Source: Ferruginibacter sp. (lineage in GTDB: Bacteria; Bacteroidota; Bacteroidia; Chitinophagales; Chitinophagaceae). Taken from it: a DNA stretch of 64,000 nucleotides. The position numbers and the translations under genes were made by a program. Shown here piece after piece: positions 10,836 through 19,233 of this stretch. Each line of letters opens with the position of its first letter. The first letter of the stretch is position 1. The notes beneath the pieces are model-generated. The model was not told the origin of the DNA. It did not search any database and was given only the letters and a program-made list of their open reading frames with translations. The stretch covers positions 3,895 to 67,894 of the forward strand of contig DAORIB010000002.1 of NCBI GenBank assembly GCA_035438265.1. Direction: 5' to 3'.

Positions 10836-11390
10836 TTAACTTTTGGGTTCGTACTTACAATCTACAGTTACATCAATGTCCTCCGATATCTTGTCAGCCA
10901 CCAGCGAGGGAATGCTCACATTGTAATCTTTCAGCTTGATGGAAAATCTGGACGTGGCATTTACTTTACCCGATTTGATGATAACAGAACCGGTGTAGCT
11001 CACTTGCCGGCTCACGCCATGCAGGTTCAGTTCACCTTCCACGGTAACCGGGTAGGCGCCGTCTTTGGAAAAATTCACCGAACTGATGTTCACGATCTTT
11101 CCCTTGAAAGTGGATTTGGGGTATTTGTTGCTCTCCACGTAGTTTTCATTGAAATGCTCCTCCATGAGTGCTCTTTCAAAATGAAAACTCTTGAGCAGGA
11201 TGGCAAACACCAGGTCGCCGGTTTGTGTGTTGAGCACACTGGATACTTCATTGTTATCCGCTTCCACTTTTTCGGGTGATTTGGCCCGCGAATAAAACGA
11301 TACTTTTCCCGATTTGGTCATCTGGATGTTTTGGGCGGCGGCACCCGTTGCCAGGCCGGCAAGCAGTACGCCGAAGAACAGTTTTTTCAT
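10836..11390 (-). CDS. YceI-family (polyisoprenoid-binding lipocalin-like) protein
   Basis: Start MKKLFF at 11390; FERALMEEHFNENYVES, GELNLHGV, FSIKLKDYNVSIP. Confidence 0.85.
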   Translation of the reverse strand: MKKLFFGVLLAGLATGAAAQNIQMTKSGKVSFYSRAKSPEKVEADNNEVSSVLNTQTGDLVFAILLKSFHFERALMEEHFNENYVESNKYPKSTFKGKIVNISSVNFSKDGAYPVTVEGELNLHGVSRQVSYTGSVIIKSGKVNATSRFSIKLKDYNVSIPSLVADKISEDIDVTVDCKYEPKS

Positions 11391-11400
11391 AGTTGTGTGT

Positions 11401-11775
11401 TTAATTATTTGGAGTTCCTGAATCGATCCATCGCTGAATACCCGCCAGGGTACAGGAGGGTAGTTTGGCTGCCCCTTTCGGCATGCTGCCATTTACTCCG
11501 GTAGAGCCCATCAGCCTGCCGTTAACAGCCTGCGTCTTCACACCGTTGTAGGTATCCAGTATCACCCCCGATGAGGCGGAGGCCGTGTTGTGGCACCCAC
11601 TGCTGTTGCAGTGTGTATTCATCAACGGCAGTACATCCGTTGAAAACTTCATCACCGTGGTGGTATCGCAGGGTACCTTTCCATCGGGATATAATAGTTC
11701 TGCCTTGTCGTAATAACAGCTTTCAAAGCTGAGTAAAACAAGGAAGCTGGCCAGGATTGTTACAATGATTTTCAT
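11401..11775 (-). CDS. Lipoprotein mono-haem c-type cytochrome with CX4CH motif
   Basis: Lipobox-like LSFES-C; CNSSGCH at 11590-11610; distal SMPKG Met; aligns with the C-terminal domain of the neighbouring di-haem protein. Confidence 0.7.
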   Translation of the reverse strand: MKIIVTILASFLVLLSFESCYYDKAELLYPDGKVPCDTTTVMKFSTDVLPLMNTHCNSSGCHNTASASSGVILDTYNGVKTQAVNGRLMGSTGVNGSMPKGAAKLPSCTLAGIQRWIDSGTPNN

Positions 11776-11802
11776 GATCGGTATTTAATGCGTGTTGTTT
11801 GA

Positions 11803-12507
11803 TTAATTATTGGGCGAACCTGCCGAGATCCATTTCTGCACCTGCGTGATGCGGCAGGCGGATAATTTATTTCCTCCCTGCGGCATGGCAATAAAGCCTG
11901 CATCATGCCGGATGCTGCCCAGCAGTTTGCCATTGAGTGCAATGCTCCGTACGCCCGCATACGTACTCAGGTCGATGCCGCCGCCTGCTGATGCAGGGTT
12001 ATGGCATCCCTTGCAGTAACTGTTCATCAATGGTGAAACAGCACCCGAGTAAGTGAACAGGGTGGTGTCGCAATCATTGCATGCATTGTTTTTGGCTCCC
12101 TGCAGGATCCATTTATAAATGAGGTCTTTTTGCGCCTGGGTAAAGGCAGCAGCCGGGGGAGGTGGCATCCGGTCTCCGCCCGTTTGGTTAAGCACTTTAT
12201 AGAGTTTGCTGTTTGCCGGGTCTCCCGGACGAACACCACCCGTAGCCATCACGTTTCCATACGTGGTAAGATTTACACCTTCCTTATGGGTAATGGCATC
12301 ATGACAACCACTCATGGCGCAACTGGAATTAAGCAGCGGCAATACGCTGTTCTGGAAGTAAACAGTATCCGCACTGCAGGTTTGTTCGCCGCCTGTAACA
12401 GGGGTTTCAATCACCTGTATGGGGATGTCGTGTTTACACGACATCATGATCAGCAGGAAAAGAAGAATTCCAATGATCTCCAGTAATCTTGAATTTACTG
12501 TATGCAT
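11803..12507 (-). CDS. Lipoprotein di-haem c-type cytochrome (CX4CH + CXXCH)
   Basis: Start MHTVNS at 12507; LIMMS-C lipobox; CAMSGCH (12301-12321) with RMPP, and CKGCH (12001-12015) with AMPQ. Confidence 0.8.
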   Translation of the reverse strand: MHTVNSRLLEIIGILLFLLIMMSCKHDIPIQVIETPVTGGEQTCSADTVYFQNSVLPLLNSSCAMSGCHDAITHKEGVNLTTYGNVMATGGVRPGDPANSKLYKVLNQTGGDRMPPPPAAAFTQAQKDLIYKWILQGAKNNACNDCDTTLFTYSGAVSPLMNSYCKGCHNPASAGGGIDLSTYAGVRSIALNGKLLGSIRHDAGFIAMPQGGNKLSACRITQVQKWISAGSPNN

Positions 12508-12554
12508 GGTTTGTGCAGGGTTTTTAAAATGGTTCTTCAAAAAGTATTGATATT

Positions 12555-12980
12555 TTATTTTTCCTGGATCATGCATCGTACCAATATCACATCGGTAAGA
12601 TACCCGGTGCAGATTCCCTTTATGGAAACCTGGGTTTTTGGTTTGATCTCATGCTGAACGATACCCTCCATGGTACACCGTACAGTGCCCATCCCGGTGC
12701 CATCCAGGGAAACGACGGTTTTTCCTTCCTGGTTTTTTGATACATCGGTCACGTAGCCCGACACTTCCAGTACCTTGTCCAGGTAATCGCGGTTCGCATT
12801 TGCTTCATTGGCTTCGTAAGCAGCCACCAGGTGCATGGCGGCAATGCGTACCGGCCTGATGTGCTGAACATCCCGGTGGGGTTTGGTATACATGCGGTAT
12901 CCCACAAAACCTGCCGTGATCAATGTCAGCAGCAGCAAGCCCCCGGTGGCAATGAGTATTTTCTTTTTACTCCTGGTCAT
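12555..12980 (-). CDS. Membrane-anchored OB-fold protein (tRNA_anti-like)
   Basis: Start MTRSKKK at 12980, one TM helix, AYEANEANANRDYLDKVLEVSGYV, VSIKGICTGYL. Confidence 0.7.
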   Translation of the reverse strand: MTRSKKKILIATGGLLLLTLITAGFVGYRMYTKPHRDVQHIRPVRIAAMHLVAAYEANEANANRDYLDKVLEVSGYVTDVSKNQEGKTVVSLDGTGMGTVRCTMEGIVQHEIKPKTQVSIKGICTGYLTDVILVRCMIQEK

Positions 12981-13053
12981 ACAAACGGTTTTATTGTTAT
13001 AAAGATGGACCCGGGTTGTATCATGCATTCCTTCTGCCTCTTTCAACCTTTAT

Positions 13054-13104
13054 CTGAACATGCCGGACCTGGATATACTTTCGCAAACCAGGCCAGCATG
13101 TCAG
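13054..13104. other. Imperfect intergenic stem-loop inside the cytochrome operon
   Basis: CTGAACATGCCGGACCTGG-N15-CCAGGCCAGCATGTCAG. Confidence 0.45.
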
Positions 13105-13133
13105 TTTTCCTGATACGCACCCTGCCCGTGTTA

Positions 13134-14708
13134 TTAATCTGAATACCGGTGTCCTGCATTCACCCAGTTGGTGATGATGGCTTTTTCCGCTGCAGTTAAA
13201 AACGGTTGAGGACTCTTAGGCATCTTCACCCATCCCGGGGCATACAATACACTGGTGTTGTTGATCTGGCTCCATTTTGATACGATATTGCAATCTGAAT
13301 CAAAATTGTAACCGGCTGCACTGTTGCCGGATCCGATATGACATCCGCTGCCGTTGCAACGGGTGGATATTAAGTTCCGTACCTGGGCAAACAACGGACC
13401 GCTGGCGATCACACCCACCGTGGTTGTTTGTGTTTTGGTACAGCCATTGGCATCCTTTACACCCATCACATAATTGCCCGCATTAAGGTTGGCAAACACA
13501 TTACTTGCCTGGTAAGCGCCTCCATTGATGTTGTAGGTGAAACCGGTAGAGCCGCTGGCTGTAACGGTAATGCTTCCGTTGTTGGTGGGTGTAACACAAG
13601 GGGTGGTGTTTACTACCGCTGTTGTAATTACAATGTTCACATTGCTGCATGGACTGGTTGCAGTAAGTGTTACCTGTGTACTGCCCAAACAGCCGTTGGA
13701 GTTTTTGGCAGTAACGGTATAGGTGCCGGCTGCCAGGTTACTGAATGTACCGCTGGCCTGGAAAGCACCATTATTCAGGCTATAGGTAAACCCGGTGCCG
13801 CCGGTAGCTGATGCAGTGATGGATCCGTTGCTTTGACCCGTAGTTGGATTAACGGTGGTGGTTGTTACCGTAACAGTTACCCCGGCACAGGGATTGGTGG
13901 ATCCCAGTGCCACCGTTGCAACCCCGGTACATCCGTTGGAGTTCTTGGCTGTGATGGTATAGTTTCCGGCTGCCAGGTTGCTGAATGTACCGCTGGCCTG
14001 GAAAGCTCCGTTGTTCAAACTATATGTGAACCCGGTGCCCCCGGTGGCAGTAGCAGTAATAGAACCATTGCTTTGACCGGTGGTTGGCTGAACCACGGTG
14101 GTGGTGACCACTACGGTCACACCCGCACAGGGGTTATTTGTTCCAACAGTGATCTGGCCGGTACCAATACAACCCGCCGCACTCCTGGCTGCAACGACAT
14201 ATGTACCTGCTGCGAGGTTGTTGAAGGTGCCGCTGGCCTGGAATGGTCCGCCATTCAAGCTGTATGTAAACCCGGTACCGCCGGTAGCGGTGGCGGTAAT
14301 GGTCCCGTTCGATTGATTGGGCGACGCATCGGTTTTTGATAAGTTAACAGTGATGGTAACACCCTGGCAGGGATCATAAGAGTCCACCTGTATCACTACA
14401 GTGTCGGTGCAGCCAACAGAGTTTCGGCCCACTACATTGTACGTGCGGAAGGGTTCAAGCCCGGAGAAGAAACCTGTGTCCTGGTAAGCGCCGCCGTTCA
14501 GGCTGTATTGGAAACCTGACCCTCCTGTTGCTGAAGCGGTGATGGTACCATTGTTCTGGTTCAGCGTGGCGGGGGTTTGGGTTGCCGTAACCGAAAAACC
14601 AATGGCATCGCAGGATGGAGCAGGGATCTCATGCTTACAGGCAAACTGAACCAGGGTGATCAGCACCGCCATCAGCCCAACAATTCTGATTGTAAGATTT
14701 CTTTTCAT
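13134..14708 (-). CDS. Lipoprotein with five SprB-like repeats and C-terminal CX4CH cytochrome c domain
   Basis: VQFA-C lipobox; five ~80 aa repeats (NGxITAxATGGTGFTYSLNxG...NLAAGxY...GC); CNGSGCH at 13338-13358 with distal KMPKSP. Confidence 0.8.
   Translation of the reverse strand: MKRNLTIRIVGLMAVLITLVQFACKHEIPAPSCDAIGFSVTATQTPATLNQNNGTITASATGGSGFQYSLNGGAYQDTGFFSGLEPFRTYNVVGRNSVGCTDTVVIQVDSYDPCQGVTITVNLSKTDASPNQSNGTITATATGGTGFTYSLNGGPFQASGTFNNLAAGTYVVAARSAAGCIGTGQITVGTNNPCAGVTVVVTTTVVQPTTGQSNGSITATATGGTGFTYSLNNGAFQASGTFSNLAAGNYTITAKNSNGCTGVATVALGSTNPCAGVTVTVTTTTVNPTTGQSNGSITASATGGTGFTYSLNNGAFQASGTFSNLAAGTYTVTAKNSNGCLGSTQVTLTATSPCSNVNIVITTAVVNTTPCVTPTNNGSITVTASGSTGFTYNINGGAYQASNVFANLNAGNYVMGVKDANGCTKTQTTTVGVIASGPLFAQVRNLISTRCNGSGCHIGSGNSAAGYNFDSDCNIVSKWSQINNTSVLYAPGWVKMPKSPQPFLTAAEKAIITNWVNAGHRYSD
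13410..14612 (-). repeat. Coding tandem repeat, ~240 bp period, five units
   Basis: CTGAATGTACCGCTGGCCTGGAA at 13741 and 13981, variant at 14221; more diverged units near 13500 and 14480. Confidence 0.85.
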
Positions 14709-14797
14709 AAACGTTATTGGATTTGTGTTTGAAAATTGAATAATCTCATTTTGTTATGCACCGGATTTTTCCCGTTTAAACACGAAAATCAGGCCTG

Positions 14798-14858
14798 TTA
14801 AAGTAAAAATCAGGTAAAATCACGCTGAACCTGCAGGAACGGGTGCTGAACCTGCAGG
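14798..14858 (-). promoter_or_regulatory. Putative LytTR-activated promoter of the cytochrome operon
   Basis: Perfect 14-bp direct repeat GCTGAACCTGCAGG at 14824-14837 and 14845-14858 (21-bp period); -7-like TACTTTAA on the minus strand at 14805-14798. Confidence 0.7.
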
Positions 14859-14880
14859 GCATTCCGGTATGGGAAGGAAG

Positions 14881-15639
14881 CTATTCGGAAAGCCAGTTTT
14901 TGAAGTCGTGTGCCCGGTCAATGGCAACGATGGTATCGAGGGGAGTGGGAGGGGAAAGTTTTACATTGATCCGGGACCGGGTATGTGCTTTCATTTCGTC
15001 AATGGCGTGATGACCGATGATGAACTGGCGGTTAATGCGGAAGAAATTTTTCGGGTTCAGCATCTGCTCCACCTGGTCAAGATTAAAATCCATTGGGAAC
15101 CGTTTGCCTTCATTGGCACACAGAAAATTGGTCTTGTTCTCCGTATAGAAATAGGCAATGTCCGTAACCCGGATAGAACGGATGGTATCGCCAAGCCGGA
15201 TGATGAACCGGTCTTTGTACTGCTTACCCGCCTGCGGGATGTTCTGGAGTATTTGTGCATAGTTCACCGAAAACGAACCCGAACGCTGCAGCAGTTTGAG
15301 TTTTTCCACGGCCCGGCGTACATCATCTTCGTCAATGGGTTTCAGCAGATAATCCACACTGTTTACCTTAAATGCCTGCAGGGCGTAGCTTTCGTAGGCC
15401 GTGGTAAAAATAACCGGGCAGGTGATGGTTACCAGGCTGAACAACTGAAAGCTGTTCCCGTCGGCCAGCTGGATATCCATAAATACCAGGTCGGGCATGG
15501 GGTTCCGGTCGAACCAGGCAACTGCTTCTTCGATGCTTGAAACCGTGCCGGCTGATTCGTACCCGGGTATTACAATGGATACAATCTTCTGCAGCCGCTG
15601 CAATGCCTGTTCTTCATCTTCCAGGATCAGTATTTTCAT
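14881..15639 (-). CDS. LytTR-family response regulator
   Basis: ILEDE, DLVFMDIQL, FTTAY, DYLLKP; C-terminal FFRINRQFII LytTR domain. Confidence 0.95.
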   Translation of the reverse strand: MKILILEDEEQALQRLQKIVSIVIPGYESAGTVSSIEEAVAWFDRNPMPDLVFMDIQLADGNSFQLFSLVTITCPVIFTTAYESYALQAFKVNSVDYLLKPIDEDDVRRAVEKLKLLQRSGSFSVNYAQILQNIPQAGKQYKDRFIIRLGDTIRSIRVTDIAYFYTENKTNFLCANEGKRFPMDFNLDQVEQMLNPKNFFRINRQFIIGHHAIDEMKAHTRSRINVKLSPPTPLDTIVAIDRAHDFKNWLSE

Positions 15640-15640
15640 A

Positions 15641-18550
15641 TTAAGCTGAATAAAGTAAAGGAAGCCGTATCACAAATTCCGTTCTCGTTTCTTCAATCAC
15701 CACTTCCTTCGGTGTTAAAATTTTATAGCGGTTCTTTATGTTTTTCAATCCCACGCCCTCGCTTTCTTCTTTTTCAAATTTGGGATTGATGTTGTTGCTC
15801 ATCACAATCTGCCCGGGTTCGGTGCGGATGTGAATGTACAGCGGTTTTTCCTTGCTGATGATGTTGTGCTTAACGGCGTTTTCGGCCAGCAACTGCAGTA
15901 CCAGCGGCGGAATCAGTCCGGTACGCATCACGTTGTAATCCACATTCACCGTTACCTGCAGGGCACTGCCGTAGCGCTTACTCTGGATGAACAGGTACGA
16001 TTTCAGCAGTTCCAGTTCTTCCGCCAGTGTTATCAGTTCCTTCTGGCTGAAGGCCGTCATCTTCCGGTAAAACTGTGATAAATGTTTGATCAGCACCGAC
16101 GCTTCTTTGGGATTGTCTTCCACAATATTCATAAGCGCATTAAAACTGTTGAAGAGGAAATGAGGGTTTACCTGGTTCTTGAGCGCATCGTATTGCAGCT
16201 GGAATTTTTCCCGTTCTTCCTGTTCGGATCTGCGTACCTTTTTAATACGGCCGAGCAATACCAGGTATACCACAATGGCCGCAGCCAGCAGGCTTGCCAG
16301 GCGGAACCACCAGGTTGTCCAGAACGACCGCCGGATATAAAAAGAATAGGTTGCCACCGGCGATGCCTGGAAATTATTATTGACCGAAGCCCGTACTCTT
16401 ATCTCATAACTACCCGGCCGCAGCTGTGAAAAGTTGATCACCCGGTCGCCGGTTGTTTCCCAGTGCTTGCTGTATCCTTCCAGCCAGTACTGGAACTTTA
16501 TTTTTTCAGGCGCTTTGTAATACGCAGCAGACAGGGTGAAGCTGAAACTGTTCTGGTGGTAGTCAAATTCCTTTTGTGTGGCGGTATCAATTATTTCATT
16601 AAAGAGACGTACTTTTTCAATTACAGCTGCCGGTACAAAACCAAATGAAGATGAAGCGGTGTTCAGGCAAACGATGCCATTATTGGTACCAATCCAGATG
16701 CTGCCATCCCGGTTCCGGGTGATGGAGTTCAGGTTAGGTTGCTGTTCTTTAAATCCCGATTCGGTGCCAAAGTGCTGTACCACATTTTTTTTGGGATTGA
16801 ATACATCAATTCCTTTTTTATTGACAGCAATGATATTATTGAATTCATCGGCGGCGATGGACGTGATGGTGATGTCTGTTAACCCGTTCCGGGTATCATA
16901 GTGGGTGAATTTTACATCATCGTATTCAAAAAGTCCGTCGTTGTAGGTGCTCACCCAGATGTGCCCGTTGTGGTCTTCAGCGAGTGAATACGCCACTTTC
17001 GACGGGAAGAGGCGGTGTGCATAGAAATTCATGAATTGACCTTTATCGAGCATGGTTACACCGGCGCCATCCGTGGCAAACCAAACCCGGTTCTTTTGAT
17101 CGATGAGGATGGAATAGACGTAATCGCTGCCCAGTCCGTCCTTCTTGCTGTAATTTACATAGCGGATCTTTTCCTGCAGGTCGTAGTTGTTTTCTTCCAG
17201 GTAGAACCGGGCAACCCCATTCAGTGTGGAAATCCAAACCTGGTTGTCTTTACCCGCAATGTTCAGGATATTGCCATAGTAAGCAATGGGATTTTCGTCA
17301 ATGCGCCGCCATTTACCGGTATGTATATTCAGGCGGAAAAGTCCTTCACCCATGGTTCCGATCCACAGGCAGCCGAACCGGTCTTTGTATAAACTGGTGA
17401 TGTCGATATGATTTTCCGGAGCTGTGATATCGTATGCACGAAGCAGCCCATCACCCAGTGAATCCTGTGTGCTTCGGTACAGGCGCAGATCCGGGGTAAA
17501 CCATAATTGGTTTTCGTCATCGGCCAGTATGGAATGTACATTCGTAAGTTTGGTATTGCCGGCCGCATACCAGTAACGCAGGTAATCGGCAGTGAAGCTG
17601 AGCAGTTTTCCTTCGCTGGTTGCCCATATATTGCCTTCGTTATCGTACTGGATATCGGTAATGCGTTTTAAATTTCCATCGGGCGACAGTGAATGGGCTG
17701 TGAAGCTGGCCGATGCTTTATTATAAGCAATGATCCCTTTTTCCTCGGTGGCAATGAAGATGGTATTGGCTGCATCGATCATATCGTTCACCTGTCCAAA
17801 CTGCCACTGGCGCCGGAAGCTGGAGTCAATAATCCTGTTACCGGGAATTTCAAATACCAGGAAGCCCTTGGACTGCATGCCGATCAGCAGCCGGTCTTTC
17901 TGCCTGGCTGCCACCAGCGATGTAACGATATTATCCGGTAACCCGTTGCGGGCAGTAAAAAAACTGATGGTTCTTCTCCCGGTTTCAAAACGGATGAAAG
18001 ACAGGCCGCGGTCGGTACCTGCAATTAACTGGATGCCATCGTTGATGTAAAGGCAATTCACATTGTCATCACTCAGGCCATCTTTTTTGCTGATCTGCTG
18101 CAGCCGGTTATTCTCATAACAGAAAATGCCTTCGCCGGCGGTGCCGATCCATAGCCTGCCGCCGGTATCACCGCATAAGGCGCTGATGGCCACCTGCGGC
18201 GCTTTTTCCCGGAATGAAAGCCGGGTGACACGCTGGTCATTCAGCAACAGGAGGCTGCCGTTTTTACAACCCACCCAAATGGCTCCCCGGCTGTCTTCAT
18301 ACAGGGCCGTGATATGCAGGTTGCCATTCACCGGCAATGAAATCTTTTCCGGATCGATGCCATTATACTTGAACAGGCCTTCCGATGTGCCGATCCACAA
18401 AAACCCCAGGTGGTCCCTGAGCAGCACGGTTGATTTAATGGTGAGATTATCTTCCTCGATGTTGACCGTTTTTGAAAAAGGGTATTGTGCAGTTGTGGTA
18501 CCCGCAACCGAAAAGAGGAAAACAAGTAAGATTGCAGCTACCGGTTTCAT
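15641..18550 (-). CDS. LytS-type sensor histidine kinase with beta-propeller and Y_Y_Y periplasmic sensor
   Basis: Repeated LWIGT propeller blades, KFQYWLEGY Y_Y_Y domain, TM helix, ALKNQVNPHFLFNS, ENAVKHN, GVGLKNI. Confidence 0.92.
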   Translation of the reverse strand: MKPVAAILLVFLFSVAGTTTAQYPFSKTVNIEEDNLTIKSTVLLRDHLGFLWIGTSEGLFKYNGIDPEKISLPVNGNLHITALYEDSRGAIWVGCKNGSLLLLNDQRVTRLSFREKAPQVAISALCGDTGGRLWIGTAGEGIFCYENNRLQQISKKDGLSDDNVNCLYINDGIQLIAGTDRGLSFIRFETGRRTISFFTARNGLPDNIVTSLVAARQKDRLLIGMQSKGFLVFEIPGNRIIDSSFRRQWQFGQVNDMIDAANTIFIATEEKGIIAYNKASASFTAHSLSPDGNLKRITDIQYDNEGNIWATSEGKLLSFTADYLRYWYAAGNTKLTNVHSILADDENQLWFTPDLRLYRSTQDSLGDGLLRAYDITAPENHIDITSLYKDRFGCLWIGTMGEGLFRLNIHTGKWRRIDENPIAYYGNILNIAGKDNQVWISTLNGVARFYLEENNYDLQEKIRYVNYSKKDGLGSDYVYSILIDQKNRVWFATDGAGVTMLDKGQFMNFYAHRLFPSKVAYSLAEDHNGHIWVSTYNDGLFEYDDVKFTHYDTRNGLTDITITSIAADEFNNIIAVNKKGIDVFNPKKNVVQHFGTESGFKEQQPNLNSITRNRDGSIWIGTNNGIVCLNTASSSFGFVPAAVIEKVRLFNEIIDTATQKEFDYHQNSFSFTLSAAYYKAPEKIKFQYWLEGYSKHWETTGDRVINFSQLRPGSYEIRVRASVNNNFQASPVATYSFYIRRSFWTTWWFRLASLLAAAIVVYLVLLGRIKKVRRSEQEEREKFQLQYDALKNQVNPHFLFNSFNALMNIVEDNPKEASVLIKHLSQFYRKMTAFSQKELITLAEELELLKSYLFIQSKRYGSALQVTVNVDYNVMRTGLIPPLVLQLLAENAVKHNIISKEKPLYIHIRTEPGQIVMSNNINPKFEKEESEGVGLKNIKNRYKILTPKEVVIEETRTEFVIRLPLLYSA

Positions 18551-19107
18551 TGTTTTGCAAATTCAGCGTTTACGGTAACATTTATTTCGGCCGCCAGTTT
18601 TTCATGAACGATCCGGGGTATTTTAATGTCGTGTTCGGAAAGTAATACGGTGAACATGCAGACCAGTTTGATCACCCCGTTCTTTACCACCAGGTCGCCC
18701 TGCAGCAGGCGTTCCTGCTCCACCCCGTGTATCACCAGTTTACCCTTGGCCCGCAGGTTGTAGCTGCCGTCTTTGGTAAAATCATCTTCTTCAATGATGT
18801 GACCGGTGAAGGTGGCGTTCGGATATTTGTCGCTTTCCATGTAGTTTTCGTTGAAGTGCTCTTTCTGCAACGGACCATTGAATCCATCGAATGATTTGAT
18901 GCTGATGGAAAAGGCAAAGGTTCTTTTCTCTGCATCCATGATGCCTTTGAGCTGGGGAGATACCGCTTTGATCAGTTCAAGCCGGGCGGTGGAATGAAAG
19001 GTAACCGTTCCTTTCTTTATCACATAAATGGCTGTTCCTGTTTTTTGAGCAGGTATAACAGCCGGAAAAAGGAACAACAGGAATAATACGCTATGACATA
19101 GGTTCAT
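18547..19107 (-). CDS. YceI-family protein
   Basis: LQKEHFNENYMES, KGKLVIHGV, DIKIPRIV; overlaps the kinase start by 4 bp. Confidence 0.85.
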   Translation of the reverse strand: MNLCHSVLFLLFLFPAVIPAQKTGTAIYVIKKGTVTFHSTARLELIKAVSPQLKGIMDAEKRTFAFSISIKSFDGFNGPLQKEHFNENYMESDKYPNATFTGHIIEEDDFTKDGSYNLRAKGKLVIHGVEQERLLQGDLVVKNGVIKLVCMFTVLLSEHDIKIPRIVHEKLAAEINVTVNAEFAKQ

Positions 19108-19150
19108 TTCTATATTGTGGTCTGGGTTTAATATTAAACAGCCTGCCCGT

Positions 19151-19180
19151 CAATGAGTGTAACTTTGGTTACATTCATTG
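19151..19180. promoter_or_regulatory. 13-bp-arm palindrome, possible operator or RNA hairpin
   Basis: CAATGAGTGTAAC-TTTG-GTTACATTCATTG (one mismatch). Confidence 0.4.
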
Positions 19181-19233
19181 CGGGCTACAGTAGTATCAGG
19201 AATGCTCTGCAGGAAAATACAGGTGCGCTCACC

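Noticed and set aside
13054-13104. Invertible promoter (inverted repeat around TACTTTCG)
   Set aside because: The arms are imperfect and the 15-nt loop is too short to hold a full promoter; no recombinase is nearby.
13410-14612. Regular repeats as a possible CRISPR array or mobile repeat
   Set aside because: The period is 240 bp, in frame, within a continuous ORF; there are no unique spacers and no cas genes.
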